The notes: generated from the letters alone by a model not told the origin. A DNA stretch of 64,000 nt from an uncultured bacterium (GCA_963827235.1 CAWHAE010000010.1:64001-128000); one strand, 5' to 3'; positions 48,194 through 59,481 are shown, counted from the first letter of the stretch. Made by a program: numbers and translations.

Positions 48194-49192
48194 TCACACC
48201 TGGTAGGAGCCGCCCGGGAAGAGAATCTCCTGGATGGTGTCGCCGAGCAGGTTGAGAATGAGCGCGGTCAGGAAGATGGCGAGGCCCGGGAACGTGGACA
48301 GCCACCAGTCGGTCAGCAGGTACTGCTGGCCGGCATTGACCATCGACCCCCATTCCGCGGTGCCCACCGCGGCGCCGAGCCCGAGGAAGCTGAGGCCGGC
48401 GAAGCTCACCAGCACGTTGCCCATGTCGAGCGTCAGCTGCACCAGGACCGGGCCTATGCCGTTGCGCAATATATGCACGACGATGATGCGGGTGTGCGAG
48501 GCGCCCAGGCTGCGCGCGGCATCCACGTAATCGTTGTTCTTGATTGCCAGCACCTGCCCTCGCACCAGCCGGGCGTAGGTCGGCCACCACACTGCCGCGA
48601 GGGCCGCCATCGCCGAGCTGAGGCCCGGCCCGAGAGCAGCCGCGATGGCGAGGGCAAGCACGATAGTGGGAAAGGCCAGGAAGATGTCCGTGATCCGCAT
48701 CAGGATCTCTTCCACCAGGCCGCCCGCGTAGCCCGCCGTCGCGCCGACGAGTATGCCGATCACCAACGCAACGCTCAGCACGACCACGACGGCGGTCAGC
48801 GAATAGTGCGTGCCGGCAATGACCCGGCTGAAGACGTCCTTGCCCAGGTCGTCCGTGCCGAACAGGTGCTGCCAGGACGGCGCGTAGAACTGGTCGACGG
48901 GATTGATCGCTTCCGAGTCGTAGGGTGCAAGACTCGAGCCGAAGGCAGTGAGCACGACAAGGATCGCCACGCCGATCATAGCGAGGATGGTGGCGGGTCT
49001 GAGCGCGATGCGGCGCAGTCGCCGCCAGCGGGCGGACGGCAGTATCGGCTCCAGCTCGGCCGCAGACGGGGACCGAGACGATTCCGCTTGGCTCCCGTCC
49101 ACCCCGTCCACGGCCAGTCCCCTTTCTATCTGAGCAGCGTCCGCCGATTTTTCGCGCTCGCCTGTGGCGCCGGCCTTGAATCTCCTGCTCAT
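48194..49192 (-). CDS. Oligopeptide/dipeptide ABC permease (OppC/DppC-like)
   Basis: HLFGTDDLGKDVFSR; YVDAARSLGAS; LSFLGLG. Confidence 0.92.
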   Translation of the reverse strand: MSRRFKAGATGEREKSADAAQIERGLAVDGVDGSQAESSRSPSAAELEPILPSARWRRLRRIALRPATILAMIGVAILVVLTAFGSSLAPYDSEAINPVDQFYAPSWQHLFGTDDLGKDVFSRVIAGTHYSLTAVVVVLSVALVIGILVGATAGYAGGLVEEILMRITDIFLAFPTIVLALAIAAALGPGLSSAMAALAAVWWPTYARLVRGQVLAIKNNDYVDAARSLGASHTRIIVVHILRNGIGPVLVQLTLDMGNVLVSFAGLSFLGLGAAVGTAEWGSMVNAGQQYLLTDWWLSTFPGLAIFLTALILNLLGDTIQEILFPGGSYQV

Positions 49193-50196
49193 GAGAGCTG
49201 CAGCCGCGGATCCAGCTTGGTGTAGAGTATGTCGACGGCGAGATTCACGAGCGTGTACGTGACCGCCAGGATCACGGTGATGCTCATGATGGCCTGATAG
49301 TCGAAATTCTGTATGGTGTTGACCGAGTAGTAGCCGATTCCGGGCCAGCTGAATACCGTCTCGATCAGGAAGGCGCCGCTCAACAGGTTGCCTACCTGCA
49401 GGCCGAGCAGCGTGGTAGTCGGGATCAGGGCATTGCGCAGAGCATGGCGCATCACCACCGTGCGCCTGGGCACGCCCTTTGCCCGGGCCGTGCGAATGTA
49501 CTCCTTGGCGAGAATGTCGACCATGCTCGTCCTCGTCACGCGCACGACGAGCGAGAGCGAGGTGAAGGCGAGGCAGAGCGACGGCATGAGCACGTGTTTG
49601 AGCGCGTTCAGAAGTGCCGGGAAGTTGAGGGTCAGCAGGCTGTCGACGGTGAGCACGCCGGTAATGTGCCGCGGCGCTGCCTGGAAGGTGTCCAGTCGCC
49701 CGGACTCGGGCAGCCAGCCGAGACGACCGTAGAACACGAGCTGGAAGAGCAGCCCCAGCCAGAAGAGCGGCATGGCCGTTCCAGCCACCGAGATGACTCG
49801 CGTCAGGTGATCCACCCAGGAATTGCGTTTCAGGCCCGAATAGACGCCGAGCGGTATGCCGATCACGATGCAGAAGATCAGGGCGTAGAACGTCAGCTCG
49901 ACGGTGGCCGGGAAGTAGTCGACGAAGTCGCTCCATACGGCGCGGTGACTGTAGGTCGATTGGCCAAGGTCACCGCGCAACAGCTTGGACATGTAGGTGA
50001 GGTACTGTACGGGCAGCGGCTGATCGAGACCGTACTCATGCCTGATGCGGGCCAGCTCGGCGGTCGTCGAGCTCTTGCCGGCGACCAGGGCAGCGGGGTT
50101 GGCGGCTACCACGTGCGAGACCGTGAAGGTGATCACGCTCACGCCCAGGATCACCAGCACCAGGAACCCCAGCCGCCGGACAAGAAAGGTGGTCAC
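49189..50196 (-). CDS. Oligopeptide/dipeptide ABC permease (OppB/DppB-like)
   Basis: GLDQPLPVQY; PATVEL; YIRTARAKG; ETVFSWPGIG. Confidence 0.93.
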   Translation of the reverse strand: MTTFLVRRLGFLVLVILGVSVITFTVSHVVAANPAALVAGKSSTTAELARIRHEYGLDQPLPVQYLTYMSKLLRGDLGQSTYSHRAVWSDFVDYFPATVELTFYALIFCIVIGIPLGVYSGLKRNSWVDHLTRVISVAGTAMPLFWLGLLFQLVFYGRLGWLPESGRLDTFQAAPRHITGVLTVDSLLTLNFPALLNALKHVLMPSLCLAFTSLSLVVRVTRTSMVDILAKEYIRTARAKGVPRRTVVMRHALRNALIPTTTLLGLQVGNLLSGAFLIETVFSWPGIGYYSVNTIQNFDYQAIMSITVILAVTYTLVNLAVDILYTKLDPRLQLS

Positions 50197-50202
50197 GTAC
50201 GG

Positions 50203-51789
50203 TCAGCTCTTGCTCAGCGCGTAGAGGTCGTACATGAACGAGCCATACAGGTAGTTGTAGACGAAGCCGTGTACGTTGCTGCGCATGGCGACCCTGTCGC
50301 TGGGCTGCACCGCCCAGATCTCGAGGGCCTGGTTGTAGACGATGTCCATGGCCTTCATGAAGTCGGCCTTGGCAGTCGCGGCATCGGCCGAGTCACGGCC
50401 CGCTACCAACAGGCTGTCGAGGGTTGGGTTCGTGTACCAGAAGACATTGCCGCTGGACGGCGGCGCCTTTGACCAGAAGTAGTTCAGGTACATGTTCTGG
50501 TCATCGCCGAAGTCCATGGTCCATTGGCCAAACCAGACGTCCGGGCTGGTATCCATCTTGGAGCTTCTGGTGAAGTACACCGAATTGGGCAGCACTTTGA
50601 GGTTCATCTGGATGCCGAGCGCCTTGGTGTCGGCCTGCCAGATCTGGGCCATCAGCGCGGACTGGAAGTCGCCGGTTTGCCAGTCGACTTCGAGTGAGAA
50701 GCCGTGGGGATAGCCGGCCTGAGCGAGCAGGCTCTTGGCCTTGGCCAGGTCGTAGGTGTAGAGGTGCGGGGCCGGGAAGTAGTCGGCCAGACCGGTGGGA
50801 CCAACGCCGAGCATGCGCGCGCCATGTCCCTGGAATGCCGCTTTGACCATCGTGTCGTAATCGAACGAGTAAGAGAGGGCCTGCCGCACGAGCTGGTTGC
50901 CCAGCGGACCCTTGCCATGCCTGGTGTTGAAGCGGATCTCGCGGATTGTCTGCGCCGTGTACTCACTCGCCACGATGCCGGACTCGTGTCCCACGGCCGC
51001 GAAGTCCTGGTAGTTGAGGTTCATGGCGATATCGACGTCGCCATGCTCGAGGCCCTGGCGCTGGGTGGCGGAGGCCGCCGGCCACTGCAGTACCACTTCG
51101 CCTACATGCTGTCCCGACCAGCCCTTCCAATAGCCCGGGAACGGGTCCAGCACGATCTTCTGGCCGTGGACCCACTGCTTGACCACCCACGGGCCCGAGC
51201 CGGCATCGTGGTCGAGCATCCAGGCCTTGCCCAGGTCGCCCTTCACCTGGTGCGCCAGCACGGTCTTGGGACTGACGATGCCGGGGCCCCAGAGGGAGGT
51301 CAAGGAAGGCAGGAAGCCGGAATAGGACGTGTTGAGGTGGAAGACCACCGTCGACGGGTCGGGGGCGTCGACCGAAGCGATCTCGAGGAAGTCGCCGACG
51401 GCGCCGAGCTGGAGCTTCAGCAGGCGATCGAAGCTGAACTTGACCGCCGCGGCGTCGACCGTGCTGCCGTCGTGGAACTTGACGCCGGACCGCAGCTTGA
51501 ACGTCCAGGTTTTGCCGTCCGCCGACTCCTTCCAAGAGGTGGCCAGATCCGGCACGATCTTTACGACCTTCGAGCCTTCGGCCCGCACGAGTCCATCGTA
51601 GACGTTGGCGAGAACGGTCGCCATGCCGGTGTCGTAATCCTGGGCGGGATCGACCTGCGAGCCTTCATAGCCGATGTCGATCACCAGGTTGGGAGCGGCG
51701 GCATGAACGGGCTCAGCGATTCGCGCCGGGATAATGAGCAGTGACAGCGTCGCGATCATGGCGAGTATACGTGCACGACCCAATTTCAC
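50203..51789 (-). CDS. SBP family 5 substrate-binding protein (OppA/DppA-like)
   Basis: Signal peptide; YDGLV..PDLATSW..TWTFKLRSGVKFHDG; GSGPW; VRQALSY. Confidence 0.93.
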   Translation of the reverse strand: MKLGRARILAMIATLSLLIIPARIAEPVHAAAPNLVIDIGYEGSQVDPAQDYDTGMATVLANVYDGLVRAEGSKVVKIVPDLATSWKESADGKTWTFKLRSGVKFHDGSTVDAAAVKFSFDRLLKLQLGAVGDFLEIASVDAPDPSTVVFHLNTSYSGFLPSLTSLWGPGIVSPKTVLAHQVKGDLGKAWMLDHDAGSGPWVVKQWVHGQKIVLDPFPGYWKGWSGQHVGEVVLQWPAASATQRQGLEHGDVDIAMNLNYQDFAAVGHESGIVASEYTAQTIREIRFNTRHGKGPLGNQLVRQALSYSFDYDTMVKAAFQGHGARMLGVGPTGLADYFPAPHLYTYDLAKAKSLLAQAGYPHGFSLEVDWQTGDFQSALMAQIWQADTKALGIQMNLKVLPNSVYFTRSSKMDTSPDVWFGQWTMDFGDDQNMYLNYFWSKAPPSSGNVFWYTNPTLDSLLVAGRDSADAATAKADFMKAMDIVYNQALEIWAVQPSDRVAMRSNVHGFVYNYLYGSFMYDLYALSKS

Positions 51790-52230
51790 TTCTGAGTCCT
51801 CCCTGTCAGGTCCAGACGCGGTTCTGGTGTCATGGAATTCCCGCGGGCCGCACCGAACCGCCGCACCCGGCGAGACTGCTCGCCGAGCAGGTGTGCCCGG
51901 GGTTATGGATCACATCGCTGCGTGTGGTGCAGTGCGGTACCGGACAGCGAGCGCCCGGTCATTCGCACCGCCTCGCTCTCACCTCCCTTCGCGCCGCTTT
52001 CCACCCGGCGTACTCAAGCCTACCACGACTTCGCCTCTTCAGTATCCACGAGGAACGCCCGCTTTGGTACGATAAAGGCCGCGCGGGCGGTCCATTTGCC
52101 GCGGGACGGAGTGATATACTGGCAGCACGCCGCCAATCCTGCTCCCTGCCCAGCTACCCCGTAGGTGCGCGTCCACCTGGCCCGCGGGGGCCGAGGCCGC
52201 GATGATTGTCTTTCCGCAAAGGAGGCCATC

Positions 52231-53502
52231 TTGGTCGACGAGCCGAATCACGGTTTCTCCTGGCGCGAGATGGGCGAGATCCACGCCCGCGTAGAGAATC
52301 CCACTTTGCGCCAGCCGCTGTCGCTGATCATCGACGATCCCACGCCCGGCTACAACCCGGCGTACTTCCATAGCGGGTTTCGCAACGGGCCCATGCACGT
52401 GCCGCCGTCGCTGGTCGACGAGGTGGCGGATCTGATCGAGGCAACCGGCATCCGCGGCAAGTTCAGCGTCATTCCCATGCCGTTTGGCCTGGGCCGCATC
52501 GACCGCGAGATCGAGGGCGTGTCCGCGGCGGACGTGCGGCACTTCCTGGACGTGGTGCGCGCTCGCATCGCGCCCTATCTCGACGTGACGCCCGAGGCTC
52601 TCACACACTGGAACGCGATCGACCTGGCAAGCGGTCACCTGCTTCCGCTTTGGGAGCATGTCTGGAGCCGCCAGCAGAACCGGGAGACTCTGCACCCATA
52701 TCTTTCTCGCGCCCTCGAGATCGTCAACGCCGCCGGACTGCCCAGCACCGGTGTGACGTCCCCGTGGGATTTCGGCGACGGCGTGGAGACCGAGTATGCC
52801 GAGGCGATACTCTCGGCCCAGCGCGCGGTGAACGGCCGCACGTTCACCTGGTACTTCCTGCAGATGGACGGCGTATCGCGGCACGTGCCGCCCAAGCTGA
52901 CCGTGTTCCGCCCCGAGGCAGGCGAGGCCGTGGTGAGCATCATAACCTGCGATACCTACGATTTCGGGCGCGGCGTGTGGCGAGGAGCCGAGCCCGACCC
53001 CGACGTGCTGATCACCGCCGATGGGCAAGGCGGGCGCCTGGCCGAGGTTCTGGCGGCCGGCGGGCCGGCCGCATTCCACACGCACTGGCAGACCATGTTC
53101 AGCCAGGGCCGCCGGACGGGGCGCGCGGCTCTTGCCACCGTCGCCCGGCGCGTGGCCGACCGCTTCGGCGACAGCGTGGTGTGGACGCGGACCCTGGACG
53201 TCGCGACCTACACGGCCGCCGCTGCCGCGCTGCGCGTGTCGCCGGACAGTGCGGCCGGCGCACCGGTCGAGGGCAATCATGGCGCATCCATGCGGCTGAC
53301 CTCGCCGTTCCCGTGCAAGGCATTCACAATGAGCTTCGCGATCGGCCGGGCGGTCGCAGCGGTTCGCCTCGACGACCAACCGTTGAGCCGGGCCGAGTCG
53401 AGGTCGTCGCTTCGCGAAGGCACGTTCCTGCCGGACGGAGACCGCGTGTACGTCTGCTGGCCGCTGCAGAGCAGCCAGCGCCTGCAGATACAGGTCGCCT
53501 GA
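52231..53502 (+). CDS. Hypothetical protein, polysaccharide deacetylase-like barrel
   Basis: SLIIDD, GKFSVIPMP, EALTH, FHTHWQ; TTG start after GGAGG. Confidence 0.6.
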   Translation: MVDEPNHGFSWREMGEIHARVENPTLRQPLSLIIDDPTPGYNPAYFHSGFRNGPMHVPPSLVDEVADLIEATGIRGKFSVIPMPFGLGRIDREIEGVSAADVRHFLDVVRARIAPYLDVTPEALTHWNAIDLASGHLLPLWEHVWSRQQNRETLHPYLSRALEIVNAAGLPSTGVTSPWDFGDGVETEYAEAILSAQRAVNGRTFTWYFLQMDGVSRHVPPKLTVFRPEAGEAVVSIITCDTYDFGRGVWRGAEPDPDVLITADGQGGRLAEVLAAGGPAAFHTHWQTMFSQGRRTGRAALATVARRVADRFGDSVVWTRTLDVATYTAAAAALRVSPDSAAGAPVEGNHGASMRLTSPFPCKAFTMSFAIGRAVAAVRLDDQPLSRAESRSSLREGTFLPDGDRVYVCWPLQSSQRLQIQVA

Positions 53503-53608
53503 TCGCCCATATCGTCTCGCCCCGCCCTGCACCCCGATCTGAGCGGGGTGCAGGGCGTCTCCAGACTATTCACGCCCGCCGGACCCGGCTCGAGGCCCTC
53601 ATCCGCCG

Positions 53609-54835
53609 CTACCCTCCCACTGCCGGTTCAGATCCCGTCTGTTGGGACGGGTCGGGCCGCTCGGCCACGGCGACCCAGCGTTGCTCGCGGGCGCTGAGCA
53701 AGACAGCCTCCATGATAGCCAGGCCGCGCCAGCCGTCGTAGAGCGTGGGATACGTCCCTTCCGGTTTCTCACCGAGCCGGGCCCTGTCGATCGCGTGGTA
53801 GATGTCGGCAATCAGGTTTCGGAAGGCGTCGAGGTAGCCCTCGGGATGCCCACCGGGGGCGAATGCAAGCGCCGACGCCTCCGGCTCCATGAGCATGGGA
53901 TCCTTGGGCACGATCTGCCAGCCGGGCTCACGGCGGCGCACGGTCAGCGTGTTGGGCTGCTCCTGGTTCCAATCCATGCCGCCGGCGGCGCCGTCTATGG
54001 AGAGCGTAAGCCAGTTCTTGTGCCCGGCACTGACCTGCGAGGCGGTCAACGTGCCGCGGCCGCCGCCGGCAAAGCGCAGAAGGAGGCTGAGGCAGTCTTC
54101 TCCGTGCACGGGCAGCCGGTAGCTCTCACCTGCCGGGTCCGCCCCGCAGGGAGGCGGACCGGCACCGGGAGTGTCGCGACGCCATTCACGCATGGGGATC
54201 ACGGTCTGCGTGTCGGCGAGCACGGCGGAAATGTGATCACCGGTCACGTGTTCGACCAGGTCACACCAATGGATGCCGATGTCGGCCATGGTCAGCGACG
54301 GTCCGGCGATCTCCGGAGCAAATCGGTAGTGGAAATAGGTGTCATGGAGCAGCTCGTCGGCCAGGTAGAGCCCGCGCATGTGATGCAACGGTCCGATAGC
54401 GCCGTTGGCGACCAGACAGCGCATCTGGCGTACGAGCGGATAGTAGCGATAGCAATAGGCCACGCCGGCGACCTGATCGCGGTCCCGAGCGAGACCCACG
54501 AGACGGGCGGCATCCGCGGCGGCAGTGGTCAGGGGCTTCTCGCACACCAGGTGCTTGCCGGCAGCAAGCACGGCGGAGGCCATGGGATAGTGCAAGGCAT
54601 TCGGCGTGCACACATGCACGACGTCGATTCGCGGATCGTCGAGGGCCTGATCGAGGTCGAGCGTATAGGCAGGCGCACGAAGCCTGGCCGCCTGTGCTGC
54701 CACGTCGCCACCTGGACGGCCTACCACCAGTGCCAGCTCGGCGCCACAGCGGCGCAGAGCCTCCGCGTGAATCGCACCGATATACCCGGGACCGACTATT
54801 GCCGCTCGCAGTGGAGCCATCTGATCCGTCCTCAC
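53609..54835 (-). CDS. Gfo/Idh/MocA oxidoreductase
   Basis: IVGPGYIG, HVCTPNALH, KHLVCEKP, DIGIHWCD, PGGHPEGY. Confidence 0.92.
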   Translation of the reverse strand: MRTDQMAPLRAAIVGPGYIGAIHAEALRRCGAELALVVGRPGGDVAAQAARLRAPAYTLDLDQALDDPRIDVVHVCTPNALHYPMASAVLAAGKHLVCEKPLTTAAADAARLVGLARDRDQVAGVAYCYRYYPLVRQMRCLVANGAIGPLHHMRGLYLADELLHDTYFHYRFAPEIAGPSLTMADIGIHWCDLVEHVTGDHISAVLADTQTVIPMREWRRDTPGAGPPPCGADPAGESYRLPVHGEDCLSLLLRFAGGGRGTLTASQVSAGHKNWLTLSIDGAAGGMDWNQEQPNTLTVRRREPGWQIVPKDPMLMEPEASALAFAPGGHPEGYLDAFRNLIADIYHAIDRARLGEKPEGTYPTLYDGWRGLAIMEAVLLSAREQRWVAVAERPDPSQQTGSEPAVGG

Positions 54836-55517
54836 CTCGTGAACTAGTCAACCGTCTCTCGGTGATTGATCGGCGCAGGGGCATGCAGCGCGGCGTTGCA
54901 CGGTCGGCTGGCAGACTCCTCAGTCGGCTCCGTTACCCCATCGTACCGAGATGGGCGGCGCCACATCGCGCCCGGCGTACGGGAGTGAGATCCTGATTGC
55001 GCAAACGTTGGCACTGATACTAGCACGTACGATGTCATGCTGTCAACGCGGGCGGCGGTGCGCAAGAGACCGAGGAATCGCGGAACTTCGGGGTAGGGGC
55101 CCGGGGCTGGAGCACGGGGCATCTCTTCCGTGGCTCGGCTCGCGTGGCCACGCGATTTCCCCCGGCCGCAGGCTACTGAGTACCATGCCTGCTGGGCGGG
55201 CAACCGTAGCGGCGCTGGAGGCCGCGAGCTGCCGAGGGCCTAGCAAGCGGCGGTCGCCATTCCCTGGAGCGCGGCGGGGCCCCGGCACTGGAGTTGAGCG
55301 CCGTCTCGTCGATGGGCGATGAACGCCGGCATGCAGGCGGCGCCACCGGCATGGTATTGCAAACGTTCGCACGGCGTCGCACGTGTCGCCGGCACAGCAG
55401 GTGGGACTGTTGCGCGCATGCGTGGTCGTTCTCTGGAGAGCACTAAGAACCCGGTGGAATCTATGCCGCCCTCACCACAGGCACAGCCGCACGCGACCTA
55501 CGCGAACCTGATGCCTC

Positions 55518-55735
55518 GGTCGACGCTGTCCTGATGCTTGGCCCACTCTATCATTTGTCTAGCCGCGCCGACAGGTTAGGGTCGCTTGCGGAGGCTCGCC
55601 GGATCGTGCGCCCAGGCCAGATGATCTTTGCGGCTGCTGTCTCTCGCTATGCTTCAATCCTCGACGGCTTGTGGTGGCGCGACTTAGGCGACTCCGAGCA
55701 TGCTCGGGTGATCGAGCGGGACGTGCTTGAGAGGC
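55518..55735 (+). pseudogene. Internal fragment of a class I SAM methyltransferase
   Basis: DAVLMLGPLYHL....R...LAEARRIVRPG..IFAAAVSRYA. Confidence 0.7.
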
Positions 55736-56026
55736 TCCAGTGTGTGCATGGTGATTGGGCACTCGGCTGCGAAGAGGTGCTGACCACCTGCCCATCGTGC
55801 TCCGTGACCACGATGAACTCATCGCGTATAGACACGACGAATGTGAACACACGGGGTCGGAATGAAGATGACGTTGCAGTTATACTGACGTAGTCATGCT
55901 CGCAAGTTCAAGAGCATGCCGGTGCGGACACGCGATGGAACGCGTTGCGATATCGAGGTAACGCTGCCGTGCCGATTATCCAGGTTCGGCGCCTGGTCAA
56001 GCGTGTTAGCCAGGCGGGGTGGCTCG

Positions 56027-56896
56027 ATGAGAACGGCGAGACTCGCCGTGAAGCTACCGAAGCTAGCTGGCGTTCGCGCCGCCCCGCTCCGGCGCGCGTG
56101 GGCCAACCTGCCTGCGTATGCGCAACTGGCGCGGCTGTCCCGGCAAGTAACGTACGTCTACCGGGCTAACCTGATCTTCAACGTGTTGTCGATCCTGATC
56201 CAGGTCTATCTGCTGAAGGTCGTCTGGACGGCGCTCTACGCTGGACGCAACAGCGTCGGCACACTCGGCTTGCACGCGCTGATCACGACCATGACAGTGG
56301 CAAATCTGCAACTCTGGGTCATAGCACCATACATCGCGAACTACCTGTACCGCCAGGTCTATCAAGGCAAGATCGCACTCGACTTGGCACGTCCCGTGGG
56401 GTTTCTGGGCCAGCTGCTTGCGCAGCAGGTTGGCTTTACTCTCGGGATCATCCCGTTCGTGCTGCTAGCGGCTCCAGTGGCGTGGCTTGTTGGCGGATTG
56501 CAAGCTCCGGCCACGGCTTCTGCGATGGCGTTCTACGTGGTCAGCCTTGTGCTCGCCTATCTGGTCAGCGTGCTGATGGGCTTGCTGCTCGGCCTGAGCG
56601 CCTTCTGGACGCTCGAAATCGGCGGATTCCTTGGCATGTATCGCTTCGTCAGCCAGTTCTTTGCCGGGGCGTTGATCCCGCTGCAATTCTTTCCGCCTGC
56701 CTTGCGAGCAGTAGCAACGGTGCTGCCCTTCCAGGTGCAGGCCTACCTCCCGATCTCGCTGTACCTGGGCCAGACACAGGGTGCGGGTGTCCTCGCGGTG
56801 CTGGCCCTGCAGCTTGCCTGGGTGGTGGCGCTCTACGCGCTCGCCCACGTGGTATGGCGGCGCGCGCTCCGACGCGTAGTGGTCCAGGGCGGTTAA
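56027..56896 (+). CDS. ABC-2 family permease (DUF990-like)
   Basis: YRAN, GKIALDLARP, GALIPL, LPF, VVVQGG end. Confidence 0.88.
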   Translation: MRTARLAVKLPKLAGVRAAPLRRAWANLPAYAQLARLSRQVTYVYRANLIFNVLSILIQVYLLKVVWTALYAGRNSVGTLGLHALITTMTVANLQLWVIAPYIANYLYRQVYQGKIALDLARPVGFLGQLLAQQVGFTLGIIPFVLLAAPVAWLVGGLQAPATASAMAFYVVSLVLAYLVSVLMGLLLGLSAFWTLEIGGFLGMYRFVSQFFAGALIPLQFFPPALRAVATVLPFQVQAYLPISLYLGQTQGAGVLAVLALQLAWVVALYALAHVVWRRALRRVVVQGG

Positions 56897-56898
56897 GA

Positions 56899-57702
56899 AT
56901 GACGAGGCTTCGCATTTGCCTCAGCCTAGTCGCCGCCAACGTGCGCGGCGAGCTTCAGTATCGGACAAACTTCCTGGTCATGATGCTCACCGGCCTGGTG
57001 TGGGACGGTACCAGTTTCGCCGTGATATGGGTTACATTGAGCCGTTTTCAGACGATAGGCGGTTGGACCCTAGGCGAGCTAGCGTTCCTTTATGGGCTCT
57101 TTCTGTTCGAGAGCAGCATCAGCACGCTGATATTCAGTTTTTCACAGCAGTCCATGTTTGAATGGCTAGTACGGGAGGGACAATTCGACCGCTACCTGGT
57201 GCGACCGTTGCCACCGTTGCTGCAACTGATCACTTCTCGCCTCCACGTCCCGATTCTCGGCTCGATGCTGGGCAGTGCCACGCTCTGCTTGGTCGCGAAC
57301 ACCATGGTCCACATTGATTGGTCTACGGCGGCGCTGGGCTATCTGCTGCTGGCAGTCTTCGGCTGTTGCCTCTTGCAGTCTGGCATTTATCTGCTGGTCG
57401 ATTCGCTGGCATTCCGCTTCCTCAGCACCGGCATGCTCTTCGCGGTGGTCGGAGACTTCTCGAAATATGGTAACTATCCGATGAAGATCTACACTGTTTC
57501 GCTCCGCTTCTTCTTGACCTTTGTTTTTCCACTGGCATTTATGAGCTACTTTCCGGCGGCGGTATTGCTTAACCATACTGGTGAGCTGAGCGTGCCGCCG
57601 ATCGTCGCCTACCTGACGCCGCTCGTCGGCGTGATCTGGTTCGTTCCCGCCTATCTGCTCTTCCAACACGAGATGCGCAACTACCAGAGCGCCGGGCACT
57701 GA
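56899..57702 (+). CDS. ABC-2 family permease (DUF990-like)
   Basis: QYRTNF, IGGWT, GQFDRYLVRP, YPMKIY, YQSAGH end. Confidence 0.9.
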   Translation: MTRLRICLSLVAANVRGELQYRTNFLVMMLTGLVWDGTSFAVIWVTLSRFQTIGGWTLGELAFLYGLFLFESSISTLIFSFSQQSMFEWLVREGQFDRYLVRPLPPLLQLITSRLHVPILGSMLGSATLCLVANTMVHIDWSTAALGYLLLAVFGCCLLQSGIYLLVDSLAFRFLSTGMLFAVVGDFSKYGNYPMKIYTVSLRFFLTFVFPLAFMSYFPAAVLLNHTGELSVPPIVAYLTPLVGVIWFVPAYLLFQHEMRNYQSAGH

Positions 57703-57915
57703 ACGCCATTTGTGGTCCTCCGACCGCAATCGACATGTGTCTCCCTTCCCAGCCGGATCACCCGCTTGCGGTACGTAGTAGAGGGCGCTCCGTTGCCGCT
57801 AAAGACGTCCGCGGAGTAAACTGTCAACGCCGTCCTCATCCGATCGTACCTGTAACCCTCGGCGGGCCCGACGGCTACCGAGCGAGACAGGCTGCAAGAC
57901 GGGGGAAAGGTATCC

Positions 57916-59001
57916 ATGTCCATCATCCGTGCCACGGAGTTGGTCAAGGAGTTTCACCGGACGAAGCGGCAGTCCGGGCGGTTCGGTGCACTCCGTACGC
58001 TGGTCACGCGCCAGCTGGAGGTGACGCGCGCCGTCGATGGGATCAGTTTCTCCATTGACAAGGGCGAACTCATCGGTTATATCGGCGCCAATGGCGCGGG
58101 CAAGTCCACCACGATCAAGATGCTCACCGGTATCCTGGTGCCCACCTCGGGTGAGGTCACTGTGGCAGGTCTGGTTCCCTGGCAGGCGCGCGAACGTAAT
58201 GCGCTGAACATGGGCGTCGTATTCGGTCAGCGTAGCCAGCTCTGGTGGGATCTGCCGCTGAGCGAATCGTTCAAGCTCATCTCCCGGATGTATCGCGTGC
58301 CGGAGGGCATCTATCGGCGTAACCTCGATCTCTTCACGACGATGTTGGCGATGGAAGACTTCCTAGGGACCCCTGTCCGCCAACTCAGTTTAGGCCAGCG
58401 CATGCGCGGAGACATCGCGGCCGCGTTGCTCTATGAGCCGTCCATCGTCTATCTGGATGAGCCGACAGTGGGCCTGGACGTGCTGGCGAAGCAGCGCATC
58501 CGCGACTTCATTGCCCAGATCAACCGCGAGCGTGGTACAACTGTCATCCTGACCACGCACGATCTGAGCGATGTGGAGCGGCTGTGCCGCCGTATTCTGC
58601 TGATCGATCATGGCCGCGTTGTCTACGACGGTTCGGTAGATCAACTTAAGACTCTCTACGCGCCCTACCGGGTTCTTGTCGCCACGTTGGCGCCGGACGG
58701 CGTGCCGGTATCCGAGACCACCGATATCGTGGTGCCCGGCGCGGAGCCCATTCGCCGAGAGGGCTCCCAGATCTGGCTGCGCTTCGATCCGGCGCGGACG
58801 CCCGTGGCCAGACTAATCGCTGCTGTTACGACGCGCTACGCGGTGACGGACCTCTCAATTACGGAGCCCGATCTGGAGCAGGTGGTGCGGCAGATCTACG
58901 AGGACGGCGCACGCGCAGTTAACGTGCCATGTCACGTTGACCAAGATGATCTTCCGCCATTACAGATCCCTCCGCCACCTAACAGTGATGCCAAGATGTA
59001 G
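57916..59001 (+). CDS. ABC transporter ATP-binding protein
   Basis: GANGAGKST; FGQRSQLWWDL; LSLGQ; LDEPT. Confidence 0.93.
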   Translation: MSIIRATELVKEFHRTKRQSGRFGALRTLVTRQLEVTRAVDGISFSIDKGELIGYIGANGAGKSTTIKMLTGILVPTSGEVTVAGLVPWQARERNALNMGVVFGQRSQLWWDLPLSESFKLISRMYRVPEGIYRRNLDLFTTMLAMEDFLGTPVRQLSLGQRMRGDIAAALLYEPSIVYLDEPTVGLDVLAKQRIRDFIAQINRERGTTVILTTHDLSDVERLCRRILLIDHGRVVYDGSVDQLKTLYAPYRVLVATLAPDGVPVSETTDIVVPGAEPIRREGSQIWLRFDPARTPVARLIAAVTTRYAVTDLSITEPDLEQVVRQIYEDGARAVNVPCHVDQDDLPPLQIPPPPNSDAKM

Positions 59002-59147
59002 CTGGCCCCTTGCTCGGTGGCTTCCTGCTGGGCGTGGCTGGCACGGGCGGAGCAAGCGCAGCGCGTACGGTAGGATGAAGCCGGATCTACTCCAGCAGCG
59101 TGTCCTGCATGCCGCCTGAGCGCCACGAGAGCACCGAGGGCCTGATC

Positions 59148-59480
59148 ATGTTTCGTCCAACGGGCGTTGAGTCCATCGACCGCGTGCTGGGCGACGTCGT
59201 CGACCTCTCCGGCCTCGTGTTGCCGGGACGCGTCGAGGCGATCTACGCGATCGGCAGTGTGGCCGAGGGCAAGGCGCTGTGGGGCAGGGATCGCTACGAC
59301 GACTTCAGCGATATAGATGTGTGCCTCATCTTGCGCGGTAGCCTGACGCAGAGGGACGTAGACGACTGCGCGCGCCTTGGCGCTCGTTGTAACGCCAATG
59401 GTACGGTTCGGCTCGATCTCTGCGGGCTCGGCGAGGATGCACTCGTGCGCACCGACGACATGACATCGACTTGGTCTTCC
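59148..59480 (+). pseudogene. Truncated nucleotidyltransferase-domain gene
   Basis: IYAIGSVAEG...SDIDV (GS..DxD); runs into a convergent gene. Confidence 0.55.
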
Positions 59481-59481
59481 T

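Noticed and set aside
51790-52230. Riboswitch or CRP site upstream of the SBP gene
   Set aside because: Only a TCACA half-site and generic GC hairpins; no recognisable aptamer
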